The position numbers and the translations under genes are program-made. Positions 27,810 to 37,602 of a DNA stretch of 47,765 nt are shown here, piece after piece. Below the pieces are notes generated by a model. It searched no databases. It had not been told where the DNA came from and worked only from the letters and a program-made list of their open reading frames with translations. Position 1 is the stretch's first letter. Every line of letters starts with the position of its first letter. This stretch comes from an uncultured Clostridia bacterium (lineage in GTDB: Bacteria; CAYTYR01; UBA6262): NCBI GenBank assembly GCA_964441745.1, contig CAYTYR010000005.1, positions 62,001 to 109,765 on the forward strand. Reading direction: 5' to 3'.

Positions 27810-28358
27810 TTAAAGTTCGTAACTTTCAATTATTTTGATTGTGATATCTACATGTAGTTCTTGAGAGAGGGCGTGTAAAGCTTTTGTTAAAGAGGGTATC
27901 TTAGCTAGTGTTTGGACATTGACTTCCAGCATCATGACATAAACTGGATTTTTTTTCGGCGAAACTATTTTGGTTAATACATCAGTAATATTAACCTTAT
28001 TCTTCGCCAGGAAATCGGAGATCAAGTACACGATGCCTGGTTTGTCTGTCCCATAAACAGAGATCATGCAGGGGACAGCATCCCCGGTATTGGCAGCTTT
28101 TAATTCTGCTGGTTTCAACGGACGCAAAAAAATGGAAAGTCCAAGTTTCTTTCTCACTGCCGCCAGCTTTTTATCAAGCAATAAAACTGATCCCTGTTTC
28201 GGCAGGGTCACCATCAGGATCATGGCAAAATCATTGCCCAGAATGGTCATGCTGGAATCCTCGATATTACAGCCAGTTTCATAAAGCGCTTTCGATACTG
28301 CGGCGACAATGCCGGGACGGTCCTTGCCAATAGCGGTAATGATAATAGTTTTTTTCAT
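27810..28358 (-). CDS. GcvR-like double ACT-domain protein
   Basis: GKDRPGIV and GTDKPGIV ACT motifs. Confidence 0.85.
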   Translation of the reverse strand: MKKTIIITAIGKDRPGIVAAVSKALYETGCNIEDSSMTILGNDFAMILMVTLPKQGSVLLLDKKLAAVRKKLGLSIFLRPLKPAELKAANTGDAVPCMISVYGTDKPGIVYLISDFLAKNKVNITDVLTKIVSPKKNPVYVMMLEVNVQTLAKIPSLTKALHALSQELHVDITIKIIESYEL

Positions 28359-28399
28359 GCCACACCTTTTCTAATAATTTATGACGTTAACTTAACATT

Positions 28400-28429
28400 A
28401 TTATAAAGAGATACAGTAGATATTGTCAA
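28400..28429 (-). promoter_or_regulatory. Putative sigma70 promoter for the ACT-def pair
   Basis: Minus strand TTGACA-N18-TATAAT. Confidence 0.6.
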
Positions 28430-28516
28430 TTAAAATATGTTGAAGACTGGCTGGTTTTGTGATAAGAAATAGTAAAAGAACAATGTAAACGCTATCATAA
28501 TGCTGGTTGGAGGTGG

Positions 28517-29179
28517 ATGAAGATGAAAAATTCTTTAGTTCGGTTATTCGCGGGCATAGTTATGTTCGGATTGTTAGCAGGGTGCGCTGGTTCTAAAGTC
28601 AGGGTGGATCTACCGCCACGGTTTGATGTGAGCTCTTACGCCTCCTATGGCATAGTGCAAATTAATTCCACTGGCGAAGAAAAGCTGGGGGGATTGGCTA
28701 CCCAGAAATTCATGCAGTATATGCTGCAGGGATCAAACCCGGGAGTGATCGTCCTGGAGCTAGGCAGCGAACCCATCGTCCTGGCGTCTGTGGCCAAAAG
28801 GCAGTTTGATCCGGAAAGTGTCAGGATGATCTGTGAAAAATATAAGGTCAATGCTTTGATTATCGGCGCCATCGATGTAGCCATGGAGAAGGTGAATGTT
28901 AAGTTTGGCATGGATCTGGCCTCGCTTAAGGCGCAATCCAGCGTCAAAGTCACCATGAATGCGAAAATATTTGAAGCGACCAGGGGCGCTACTGTCTGGA
29001 CGAATTCGCAGTTCGGTATCTGGAAAATGTCCGGCCTGACCGCAGATGCTGATGGGCTGAAATCGATCAATGTCACTACTGACCGGGAAACCAAGTATGA
29101 AAAGATTGTAGATGAACTTGCCTTTGCCATCACCAGGGATTTTCGTCCTTCTTACGAAATGCGGAAAGTGGAAAAATAA
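28517..29179 (+). CDS. Hypothetical lipoprotein (possibly CsgG/LpoB-like fold)
   Basis: Lipobox LAGC; VNALIIG and TRGATVW pattern; GGAGG RBS. Confidence 0.7.
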   Translation: MKMKNSLVRLFAGIVMFGLLAGCAGSKVRVDLPPRFDVSSYASYGIVQINSTGEEKLGGLATQKFMQYMLQGSNPGVIVLELGSEPIVLASVAKRQFDPESVRMICEKYKVNALIIGAIDVAMEKVNVKFGMDLASLKAQSSVKVTMNAKIFEATRGATVWTNSQFGIWKMSGLTADADGLKSINVTTDRETKYEKIVDELAFAITRDFRPSYEMRKVEK

Positions 29180-29217
29180 AATTGGCAAGAACTTGATATT
29201 ATAGCTAATGAAACAGG

Positions 29218-30147
29218 TTGCGGGATGTGAATATTTGTGCTATTAGTTATGCCATGATACCAGTACCGAATCCATTTACCCCAAAAACAGGCTGGGAACC
29301 CAAAATCATCGTCGGACGCGACAGTGACCTGGAGTTCTTTTCCCGCAAGCTCTATGAGGCGAGACGGGGAAGGTGCGACCATTTTGTCGTTATTGGCGAC
29401 TGGGGGATGGGCAAAACGTCCCTCCTGATGAAATATAAGAATATCGCTGAAAGGCACCATGTTTTTACCTCGTTTGTGAGTATTAATGAATTCAACCGCA
29501 AGAATTCTGACCTTGATGGCGTTAAATACCTGATTGAACAGATTCCCCGCCGTTTCCCTTTACCATTGTCTCAGCTGAAGAATTTCATGAAAGAATTGAA
29601 AGCCTTAGATGTGGAAGTGATCGGCCGCGGCCTTAATTTTTCTTCAAAAGTAGAGGGGATTCATCCCCAAACCCTGTTAACTGATGTTTTACTGGCGCTC
29701 TGGCAGGATATCCAGGAACACAGTGAAGCTGGAGTGATCCTGCTTGATGATGTGCAGAATTTCCAGCCGATCAACAGCCTTTTTACGATCTTAAAAAATG
29801 TACTTACGGACGAGCAGATCATCAAAGGGACTAAATTCCTGTTTGTCTTATCCAGCATTCCCTCCGGGTGGGAGAGGTTTTTAGCTAAACATCATCCGAT
29901 CGGCCGGTATTTCTCACCGCGCATCCAACTGCAAAAATTAACCAAAGGCGATATGAAAAAAGTCATCCAGGCCAACCTGGCAGACACTGGCGTAGAATTT
30001 GAAGACGAGGTCATCAAACGCGTTATCCATCACTCTGAAGGCAATCCCTATCAGTTACAGCAGGCTTGCGCCAGCCTCTATGATAAACAGATCGGCGGTA
30101 AGGTTAGTTTGATCAAGAAAAATGAGGTAGAAAACGAAATATTCTAA
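29218..30147 (+). CDS. AAA_16 / archaeal-ATPase-type P-loop NTPase (start probably 29253)
   Basis: NPFTP..VGR, Walker A GDWGMGKT, Walker B ILLDD, GNPY motif. Confidence 0.8.
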   Translation: MRDVNICAISYAMIPVPNPFTPKTGWEPKIIVGRDSDLEFFSRKLYEARRGRCDHFVVIGDWGMGKTSLLMKYKNIAERHHVFTSFVSINEFNRKNSDLDGVKYLIEQIPRRFPLPLSQLKNFMKELKALDVEVIGRGLNFSSKVEGIHPQTLLTDVLLALWQDIQEHSEAGVILLDDVQNFQPINSLFTILKNVLTDEQIIKGTKFLFVLSSIPSGWERFLAKHHPIGRYFSPRIQLQKLTKGDMKKVIQANLADTGVEFEDEVIKRVIHHSEGNPYQLQQACASLYDKQIGGKVSLIKKNEVENEIF

Positions 30148-30172
30148 GTGAATAGCAGCCATTAATTATAGT

Positions 30173-30206
30173 ACAGGAAGCCTTCTTGGGCTATCCTGTT
30201 TTTTTT
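30173..30206 (+). terminator. Intrinsic terminator
   Basis: acaggaagcc / ggctatcctgt stem followed by a T-run. Confidence 0.65.
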
Positions 30207-30226
30207 ATTGCTATTAAGGAGGTTTT

Positions 30227-31648
30227 ATGATATCATTTCCTAATATGTTAACTAACCAGATTTATACCCAAGAAGCACTGCAAAAAGTGGTCAAAAAACT
30301 GCTTGTTAATGGCGCTGATTTTGCTGAAGCTTATGTGGAAAAAAGCAGCCTGCAGAGCATTTCTTGCGAAGAGAATAAGATTGAATCTATTGCCAGCGGC
30401 ATAGATGTAGGACTGGGTTTGCGCATCGTCCAGGGGGAAGAAACGTATTATGCCTCAACCAATAGCCAGGACCTAGATGAAATGCTGGCATTAGCAGACG
30501 CTTTGAGCCAGGCCGCGGGAAAAAGAGAGAAAACAGATGGCAGATGGCGGATAAGCAATAAAAAATCAGGGATTATTCATAAGATATTAAGAGAACCACA
30601 CGGGGTAGATATTACTGAAAAGATCGCTCTCGTCAATAAGGTCAACGCTAACGCCTGGAAAAAAGATTCCAAGATCCAGCAAGTGCAGGTTGATTATGGA
30701 GATCGCACCAAAGAAATAATAATTGCTAATTCCCTGGGCTTATTCCGCCGGGAAAAGCGGACCTACGTTGTTCTGGTCTTGAATGTAATCGCCCAAAGCG
30801 GGGCGATCATCCAGACCGGCAGGGAAGCGCTGGGAGGATTGTCTGGTTTTGAGAAATTCAGTGAAACAGCTGTGGATGAGATGATCGATGAGGCTACCAG
30901 CCGGGCGATTCGCATGCTGGATGCCAGGAAAGCTCCATCCGGGAAAATGCCGGTGGTGTTGGACAGTAAAGCCGGCGGCACGATGATCCACGAAGCTATC
31001 GGGCATAGCCTGGAGGCAGACGCGGTACAGAAAGGGATCTCTCCGGTATACAAAGGAAAGATCGGGCAGCAAGTAGCTTCTACCTTGATCTCGGTAGTGG
31101 ATGATGCCACTATTCCCAATATGCGCGGTTCATTTGCGATGGATGACGAAGGAGTTCCCGCCCAGCGTACCATACTCGTAGAAAAAGGTATCCTCAAGAA
31201 TTACCTGTATGACCAATTCACCGCCCGTAAAGAAAATACTGTTTCTACCGGCAATGGCCGCCGCGAATCATATCATTATAAACCCATACCCCGTATGACC
31301 AATACCACGATCACTCCTGGCGCGCATGACCCGGCCAGTATTATAAAATCAACTCCGCATGGTTTGTATGTCGTCAAAATGGGTGGCGGCCAGGTGAATA
31401 CTGCTACCGGTGATTTTGTTTTTGAGGTAGTGGAAGCCTATGAAATAGTCAATGGGGAACAGGGTAAACCGATACGCGGCGCGATCCTGACCGGCAACGG
31501 CCCCGATGTGCTTCAATCCATTGATATGGTTGGTAATGATCTGGGATTTGAGATCGGTACGTGTGGCAAGGAAGGACAGCATGTGCCGGTAGGAGACGGA
31601 CAGCCGACATTAAGGATACCAGAGATCATTGTCGGCGGCACAGAGTAA
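30227..31648 (+). CDS. tldD: TldD metalloprotease
   Basis: HEAIGHSLEAD, DDEG, PRMTNT and CGKEGQ motifs. Confidence 0.93.
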   Translation: MISFPNMLTNQIYTQEALQKVVKKLLVNGADFAEAYVEKSSLQSISCEENKIESIASGIDVGLGLRIVQGEETYYASTNSQDLDEMLALADALSQAAGKREKTDGRWRISNKKSGIIHKILREPHGVDITEKIALVNKVNANAWKKDSKIQQVQVDYGDRTKEIIIANSLGLFRREKRTYVVLVLNVIAQSGAIIQTGREALGGLSGFEKFSETAVDEMIDEATSRAIRMLDARKAPSGKMPVVLDSKAGGTMIHEAIGHSLEADAVQKGISPVYKGKIGQQVASTLISVVDDATIPNMRGSFAMDDEGVPAQRTILVEKGILKNYLYDQFTARKENTVSTGNGRRESYHYKPIPRMTNTTITPGAHDPASIIKSTPHGLYVVKMGGGQVNTATGDFVFEVVEAYEIVNGEQGKPIRGAILTGNGPDVLQSIDMVGNDLGFEIGTCGKEGQHVPVGDGQPTLRIPEIIVGGTE

Positions 31649-31650
31649 TA

Positions 31651-31733
31651 AGCGCATATAGCTAATGGCTAATAGCATATAGTTAGAATCAAATTCGCTG
31701 TTACCATAAGCCATATGCTATAAGCCATACGCG
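31651..31733. repeat. 7-nt periodic hairpin, ATRGC family, copy 2
   Basis: agcgcat atagcta atggcta atagcat atagt ... accataa gccatat gctataa gccatac gcg. Confidence 0.85.
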
Positions 31734-31742
31734 AGGTACTAA

Positions 31743-32591
31743 TTGATGGATATTGGGATTTCGACTGGATTATTTTATACGCATAAGATCTGGAATCTTC
31801 TGCCGCTGATCAAGAAAGCCGGCTTTGATATTGTTGAAGTCTGGGATGGCGGCAAAGAATGGGGCGAGGCCACCCATTTTGATCATCATGACCATAAACA
31901 GGTCAAAGCCCTGCAGGATGCCCTCTGGGACCAACAGATACGCGGGTTGACTATGCATGGGCCGTTCGGTGTGAACTGCGATATATCAGTGCCTGATGAT
32001 AAGGCCAGGAAAAAAGCTATAGATGAAATGAACCAGGCTATTGAGACGGCAGCGAAGGTCGGAGCCAAGATTGTCATTACGCATCCCGGTAATAGCCTGA
32101 CTAATGGACAGGATGGGTCTGAAAAAGACCGGCGGATCGAAACCAGTATCCAGAGCCTGAAGATTATCAGTGAGACGGCGAAAAAGAAAAATATCCGGCT
32201 GGCCCTGGAAAATATGCTGGGAGGCATGGTGTGCGGGGAAGCCTGGCAGCTGGAAAAGATAGTCAGTTCCCTGGATAAGGATGTAGTCGGTGTCTGCATT
32301 GATGTTTCCCATGCGTCCCTGTGCAAGGAACTGGATAAATTGCTGAAGACTTTTACCAGCCGTATTATCGCTGTGCATATCAGCGATAACCATGGCAAGA
32401 TGGATGATCATCTTCTTCCAGGCGAAGGGATACTTGATTTTGTCAAAATAGCCAAAAAGCTGAAAGAGATAAATTACGGTGGAGTATTTACCCTGGAAAT
32501 ATTGGGAGAAGCAGTCAAGAGGAAACCAGAAGAGGTGTTAAAAGCTTCCCATCAGATCGCCCTGAAAATAATGAAGCACGCTGGAGTTTAA
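31743..32591 (+). CDS. Sugar phosphate isomerase/epimerase (AP_endonuc_2 TIM barrel)
   Basis: ALEN, DVSH, HISDN..DDHL.PGEG and LE motifs. Confidence 0.85.
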   Translation: MMDIGISTGLFYTHKIWNLLPLIKKAGFDIVEVWDGGKEWGEATHFDHHDHKQVKALQDALWDQQIRGLTMHGPFGVNCDISVPDDKARKKAIDEMNQAIETAAKVGAKIVITHPGNSLTNGQDGSEKDRRIETSIQSLKIISETAKKKNIRLALENMLGGMVCGEAWQLEKIVSSLDKDVVGVCIDVSHASLCKELDKLLKTFTSRIIAVHISDNHGKMDDHLLPGEGILDFVKIAKKLKEINYGGVFTLEILGEAVKRKPEEVLKASHQIALKIMKHAGV

Positions 32592-32597
32592 TAATCT

Positions 32598-33722
32598 ATG
32601 GCTGATCAAACTTCCATTATCATGCACCTGGATAGCGCGGTGTCATGGCGCGGCGGGCAGCAGCAAGTCTTGTCCCTGGTCCAGGGGTTGCGCCAACGCA
32701 ATATGATCAGCTTTTTAGCCTGTTCTCCTGATAGCATTTTATTTAATGAAGCTCTTTCCCGGATCATTTCTGTTTTCCCTCTGCATATATTTGGGGAATG
32801 GGATCTCCTGGCGGTGAGACGTTTGCGTCAGATGATCAAGAACCTCAAAGTGAACATCCTGCATTGCCATGACAGCCATGCCCATACTATCGGCATTCTG
32901 GCTGCCCTGGGACTGGATTCCTGCAAAGTAGTAGTGACCCGCCGGGTTGATTTCCGGGTCGGTAATAATTTAATCAGCAAATTTAAATATAAGCGGCATG
33001 TTGATAAGTTTATCGCGGTTAGCGCCGGCGTGAAAAAAGTTTTGGAATTGGATGGCATTGATCCGGCTTCGATCGCCGTGGTACATGATGGCATAGATAT
33101 CAACCGATTTCTTTGCCTGGAAAAAGCTGATCACCTGTACCGCGAGTTCGGCTTGGATCCATCCAAACCAGTCATCGGCAACATAGCTGCTTTAGCGCCC
33201 CATAAGGATCAGCGAAACCTGTTACAGGCGGCGAAAATTGTCTTAGAGCAGATCCCGGAAGCGCAATTTCTGGTCGTGGGAACTGGCGAGCTGGAATTAG
33301 AATTAAAACAATTGGCAGAAGATTTAAAAATACTGGATAAAGTGAAATTTACCGGTTTCCGGAAAGATGTACCGCAAATATTGACTATTCTCAATATATT
33401 TGCGGTTTCTTCATATTTAGAGGGATTAGGCTCTTCAACACTGGAAGCAATGGCGGCAGGATTACCCATCATCGCTACTAGTACCGGAGGCATTCCCGAG
33501 ATAGTTGAGAACAGTATTAATGGTATTTTAGTCCCGCCTCGCGATAGCGCTGCCTTAGCCAAAGGTATCATAGGGTTACTTAGGGATAATAAAAGGCGGG
33601 AGAAAATGGGCAGTGCCAGCCTGCAGATGGTCAAGAACTTCAGCCTAGACAAAATGGTGGAAGGGAATGTGGCAGTTTATAATCAGGTAACAGCAGACAG
33701 CGGACAGCGGACAGAAAAATAG
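32598..33722 (+). CDS. GT4 glycosyltransferase
   Basis: WRGGQQQ, EGLGSSTLEA and GGIPE motifs. Confidence 0.9.
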   Translation: MADQTSIIMHLDSAVSWRGGQQQVLSLVQGLRQRNMISFLACSPDSILFNEALSRIISVFPLHIFGEWDLLAVRRLRQMIKNLKVNILHCHDSHAHTIGILAALGLDSCKVVVTRRVDFRVGNNLISKFKYKRHVDKFIAVSAGVKKVLELDGIDPASIAVVHDGIDINRFLCLEKADHLYREFGLDPSKPVIGNIAALAPHKDQRNLLQAAKIVLEQIPEAQFLVVGTGELELELKQLAEDLKILDKVKFTGFRKDVPQILTILNIFAVSSYLEGLGSSTLEAMAAGLPIIATSTGGIPEIVENSINGILVPPRDSAALAKGIIGLLRDNKRREKMGSASLQMVKNFSLDKMVEGNVAVYNQVTADSGQRTEK

Positions 33723-33780
33723 AATTACGTTTTCAATTGCTCTATTACCTGAACGCTGTCAAGTGAACGCTGACCGCTGA
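33690..33780. repeat. 7-nt periodic hairpin (ACAGCRG / CTGWMCG); left arm translated in the GT4 C-terminus
   Basis: acagcag acagcgg acagcgg acag ... ctgaacg ctgtcaa gtgaacg ctgaccg ctga. Confidence 0.8.
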
Positions 33781-33789
33781 AGAGGCAGC

Positions 33790-34533
33790 ATGCAAACTAT
33801 CGGCGTCTACATTATCACTAAAAACGAAGAGCACAACATCCGCACTTGTCTGGAAAGCGTAAAATGGGCGGATGAAATTGTGTTGGTAGATGATTATTCC
33901 ACAGACAAGACTGTGGAAATAGCCCGGGAATATAAATGCCGGATCATTCAAAGTCATTGGCGCGGCTATGGGAAACAAAAGCAGTTTGCCCTCGAGCGCC
34001 TTTCCACTGAATGGGCCTTGAATATTGATGGAGATGAACAAGTATCATCGAAGTTAGCCACTGAAATACTTTACGAAATAAACCGCGGACTATTAACCAT
34101 TGACGGCTATGAAATTCCTTTTGAGTTTTATTTCCTGGAGCACAGGATGCGCTTTGGCGGCTGCGGCAGCGAAAAACATCTCCGCCTTTTCCGCAGAAAA
34201 AAAGGAAAGTACGATAAAACTACGATCCATGAGACACTGGCCGTAGATGGCAAAATAGGTTTGCTGAAGAATCCGGTTATCCATCATAGCTACCGTGATC
34301 AGGATGAATATTTCCAGAAGTTTGAGGAATATACCACCCTGGCCGCGCAGGAAATGCATCAGGCTGGAAAGAAAGCGCGCTGGTATAAGTTCCTAAGTTT
34401 CCCCTGGGAGCTTTTCCGCCGGGTAATCCTTTATGGCGGATTTTTAGATGGCCTGGCCGGACTGAAATACGCCTGGTATTCCTCGCTCTATGTTTTGGTA
34501 AAATATAAAAAACTATCAAAAATACAGCAGTAA
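33790..34533 (+). CDS. GT2 glycosyltransferase, KdtX/WaaE-like
   Basis: KNEE, VDDYSTD, IDGDE, LRLFR and HE motifs. Confidence 0.88.
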   Translation: MQTIGVYIITKNEEHNIRTCLESVKWADEIVLVDDYSTDKTVEIAREYKCRIIQSHWRGYGKQKQFALERLSTEWALNIDGDEQVSSKLATEILYEINRGLLTIDGYEIPFEFYFLEHRMRFGGCGSEKHLRLFRRKKGKYDKTTIHETLAVDGKIGLLKNPVIHHSYRDQDEYFQKFEEYTTLAAQEMHQAGKKARWYKFLSFPWELFRRVILYGGFLDGLAGLKYAWYSSLYVLVKYKKLSKIQQ

Positions 34534-34562
34534 GAATAAGTATTCTCAGGAGAATTTTTCCA

Positions 34563-35759
34563 ATGATCTATTCCCATTCGCGGCTGCAGGCATATGAAAA
34601 CTGCCCGCTTAAATTTAAATTGCGTTATTTAGACCATATCAAACGCGAAGAAGCTGAAAGCATTGAGGCTTTTGTCGGCAAACGGGTCCACGAAGTCCTG
34701 CAGAAACTGTATGAAGATGCTCTGCTGACCAGGACCAATACCCTGGAAGATCTGCTGAATTATTACGACCTCTTATGGAAAGAGAATTGGCACGACAATA
34801 TTACCATTGTCCGGAAAAAATACACCAAGGACCATTATTACCAGTTTGGCCGTAAGGGGATAGAGAATTATTTTAAACGCTGCCAGCCTTTTGACCAATC
34901 TGTCACTATCGGCACGGAAATGCCGGTGAATTTTGACCTGGATGACGCTGGTAAATATAAGATTACCGGCTATATCGACCGGGTCGCTCATGCCAAGGGT
35001 ATCTATGAAGCCCATGACTATAAAACCGGTTCTTCATTGCCATCACAAAAACATTTGGATTCCGATCGCCAGCTGGCTTTTTACCAGATAGCGATCCAGG
35101 AAAAATGGCCAGAGGCCAAAGAAGTACGGTTGATCTGGCATTATCTATCGTTTGACCTGGACCTGATCTCCAAACGCGAACCAGCTGACTTGGAGAAGTT
35201 GAAGAAAGACACGATCACCTTGATTGACAAGATCGAGTCAGCTAAGGAATTCCCGGCTATTGAAAGTGGTCTTTGTAATTGGTGCGAGTATCCTGACCTG
35301 TGCCCGAAACGGAAGCATTTTTATATCGTGGAAAACCTGGGAGAGAATGGATATTTCAAGGACCGTGGCGTAAGTTTGACTAATAAATATGTCCAACTGG
35401 CCGGGGAAAAGGAAAAGATCGAGGAAAAGATCAATGTGGTTAGGGAGCAGATCATCCAGTTTGCCCGCAAAGAAAACGTGGAGATCATTAAAGGCAATGA
35501 CCATAAAGTAAAAGTAAAGATCACTTCCCGGTTGAAATTTCCAGGAAAAGAAACCTTAGAAGGCGCGGCTATAGATTCACTGCTGAAAGAAGAAGGTAAA
35601 TGGCTGGAAGTATCTGATCTTAATACCGTGACCTTAGCGAAGATTTGTAAACAACCTGCCTGGGACAAAGGGTTGATCGATAGGATCAGGGAATTTGCCA
35701 CAGAAGAAGAGTCAGTCAGGGTCTACTTATCCCCGCTGGATGAGTATGATGAAGACTAG
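34563..35759 (+). CDS. PD-(D/E)XK RecB-family nuclease with Cas4/AddB-like 4-Cys motif
   Basis: YSHS...CP, GYIDR, DYKTG, QLAFY and CNWCEYPDLC motifs. Confidence 0.85.
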   Translation: MIYSHSRLQAYENCPLKFKLRYLDHIKREEAESIEAFVGKRVHEVLQKLYEDALLTRTNTLEDLLNYYDLLWKENWHDNITIVRKKYTKDHYYQFGRKGIENYFKRCQPFDQSVTIGTEMPVNFDLDDAGKYKITGYIDRVAHAKGIYEAHDYKTGSSLPSQKHLDSDRQLAFYQIAIQEKWPEAKEVRLIWHYLSFDLDLISKREPADLEKLKKDTITLIDKIESAKEFPAIESGLCNWCEYPDLCPKRKHFYIVENLGENGYFKDRGVSLTNKYVQLAGEKEKIEEKINVVREQIIQFARKENVEIIKGNDHKVKVKITSRLKFPGKETLEGAAIDSLLKEEGKWLEVSDLNTVTLAKICKQPAWDKGLIDRIREFATEEESVRVYLSPLDEYDED

Positions 35760-36573
35760 ACGGAGGAAAACTTTGAAAATACTGCTTATTATCGCTGGAT
35801 TATGCGCTTTAGGCTTCAGCGCCCGCTGGAATTGGTGGCGCCTGCCGAAAAAAGGCGTGGCTATCCTCATGTATCACAAGGTCGGTTTACCGCCGCCAAA
35901 CTCTAAATTGAAGAAATTATGGGTTAGCCCGGATAAATTCGATCGGCAGATGCGCTATCTGCAAGAGAAAGCTATTCCCGTCATCACTTTTGCTGAATAT
36001 TATACAATGTTACAGGAGAAAAGAGTCCCGGCCAAAGCGGTCATCATTACTTTTGATGATGGCTATCAGGATAATTACAACGAAGCCTTTCCAGTATTAA
36101 AAAAATATGGATTTAAAGCCATGTGTTTCCTGGTGAGCGATACGGTCGGCATTGTCAATAAGTGGCATGATCCGGCTGCAGAACCGCACCAAAAAATGTT
36201 ATCCCTGGCGCAGGTCAAGGAAATGCAGTCTGCCGGGATAGAATTTGGTTCCCATACTTTAAGTCATTTAAATCTTAATGAATTGGACATTGAGGCAGCC
36301 AATATACAGATTGCTAAAAGTAAGCCTGTACTGGAACAGGTCTTGGGTAAGCCAGTGGATATTTTTGCCTACCCATACGGCGCTGGGGCCTATAATCCGG
36401 CAGTCAAGCAATTAGTCAAGCCGGCAGGATACAAACTGGCAGTCGGTATCAAACAATCCATCAACCTGCGCGGGCAGGAAGACCTGTTTGCCCTCAAACG
36501 CATCACCGTCCGTGGCGACGAGAATATGTTCGATTTCTATCTACAGATAACTCGTGGAAAGAATAGGCTTTAG
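35695..36573 (+). CDS. CE4 polysaccharide deacetylase in the LPS cluster (true start probably near 35746)
   Basis: LMYH, TFDDG, GSHTLSH and AYPYG; N-terminal TM. Confidence 0.85.
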   Translation: MPQKKSQSGSTYPRWMSMMKTRRRKTLKILLIIAGLCALGFSARWNWWRLPKKGVAILMYHKVGLPPPNSKLKKLWVSPDKFDRQMRYLQEKAIPVITFAEYYTMLQEKRVPAKAVIITFDDGYQDNYNEAFPVLKKYGFKAMCFLVSDTVGIVNKWHDPAAEPHQKMLSLAQVKEMQSAGIEFGSHTLSHLNLNELDIEAANIQIAKSKPVLEQVLGKPVDIFAYPYGAGAYNPAVKQLVKPAGYKLAVGIKQSINLRGQEDLFALKRITVRGDENMFDFYLQITRGKNRL

Positions 36574-36594
36574 CTAAAGTGGTAAAGTGGTAAG

Positions 36595-37602
36595 ATGAAA
36601 ATAATAGAATTAAAACCAAATGCGAAAATATTAGTGATCCAACTACGGCGGATTGGCGATGTCCTGCTGACCACTCCGGTTTTGCGGGCTTTGCGCCGCA
36701 AATTCACCGAAGCGCAAATCGATTTCCTGGTAGAAAAGCCAGGCGCGGAAATATTAGCCGGTAATCCGTATATTAATAATTTGCTGATCTACGGCAAAAA
36801 AGACCATTTTAAGTGGCTGCGCCGGTTGCGGGCCGAAAAGTATGACCTAATCCTGGACTTTTTAGGCAATCCCAGGACTGCCTGGATCGTTGGTTTAAGC
36901 GGTGCTAAATACCGCCTTGGGTTTACCCGCCGGGGCCGCGATTTTGTGTACAACGTGAAGGTCAAGCCGGATCAGGCGCCAAAATATGTCCCGGCGCATA
37001 AGCTAGACTTGCTCAAACCATTGGGTATAGAAGCTAATAATGTGAATCTGGATCTTATAGTCAATGAATCAGCTCAAGCGCGTATCCAAAAATTCCTGAC
37101 CAAGGAAAAGATATTGCCTGGTGATATGCTGGTCGGTATCAGCCCCACCAGCCGGCGCCAGGCGCGGAGATGGCTCAAGCAGGGATTTGCTGAAATAGCT
37201 GACTGCCTGATGCAAAAATATAATGCTAAAGTAATTTTCCTGTGGGGTCCGGGAGAAGAAACATATATAGACGACATTATTAGTTTGATGAAGAAAAGGC
37301 CGGTTAAGTCCCCGGCCCTGAGCATAACTGAATCTATCGCTTTGACTAATTCATTAAAACTTTTTATTGGCAATGACAATGGCCCGATGCATATAGCCCA
37401 AGGACTAAAAATACCTTCTATCGTTTTATTTGGACCGACCCAGAGCGCCAATTGGAATGAACCAGGCCCGAATAATATCGCGGTTAAAGCTGACGTTACC
37501 TGCCTGGAATGTAATAAACAGGAATGTGCTGACTTGGTCTGCATGGAAAGAATCACTGTCCAGATGGTAGAAGAAGCTATTAAGAAGGTGGTGCCTTTAT
37601 GA
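36595..37602 (+). CDS. GT9 heptosyltransferase-family protein
   Basis: IGDVLLTTP, GNDNGPMHIA and LFGPT motifs. Confidence 0.9.
   Translation: MKIIELKPNAKILVIQLRRIGDVLLTTPVLRALRRKFTEAQIDFLVEKPGAEILAGNPYINNLLIYGKKDHFKWLRRLRAEKYDLILDFLGNPRTAWIVGLSGAKYRLGFTRRGRDFVYNVKVKPDQAPKYVPAHKLDLLKPLGIEANNVNLDLIVNESAQARIQKFLTKEKILPGDMLVGISPTSRRQARRWLKQGFAEIADCLMQKYNAKVIFLWGPGEETYIDDIISLMKKRPVKSPALSITESIALTNSLKLFIGNDNGPMHIAQGLKIPSIVLFGPTQSANWNEPGPNNIAVKADVTCLECNKQECADLVCMERITVQMVEEAIKKVVPL

Noticed and set aside
2891-31648. tldE and tldD as a RiPP/microcin cluster
   Set aside because: About 26 kb apart among housekeeping genes, with no precursor or modification enzymes
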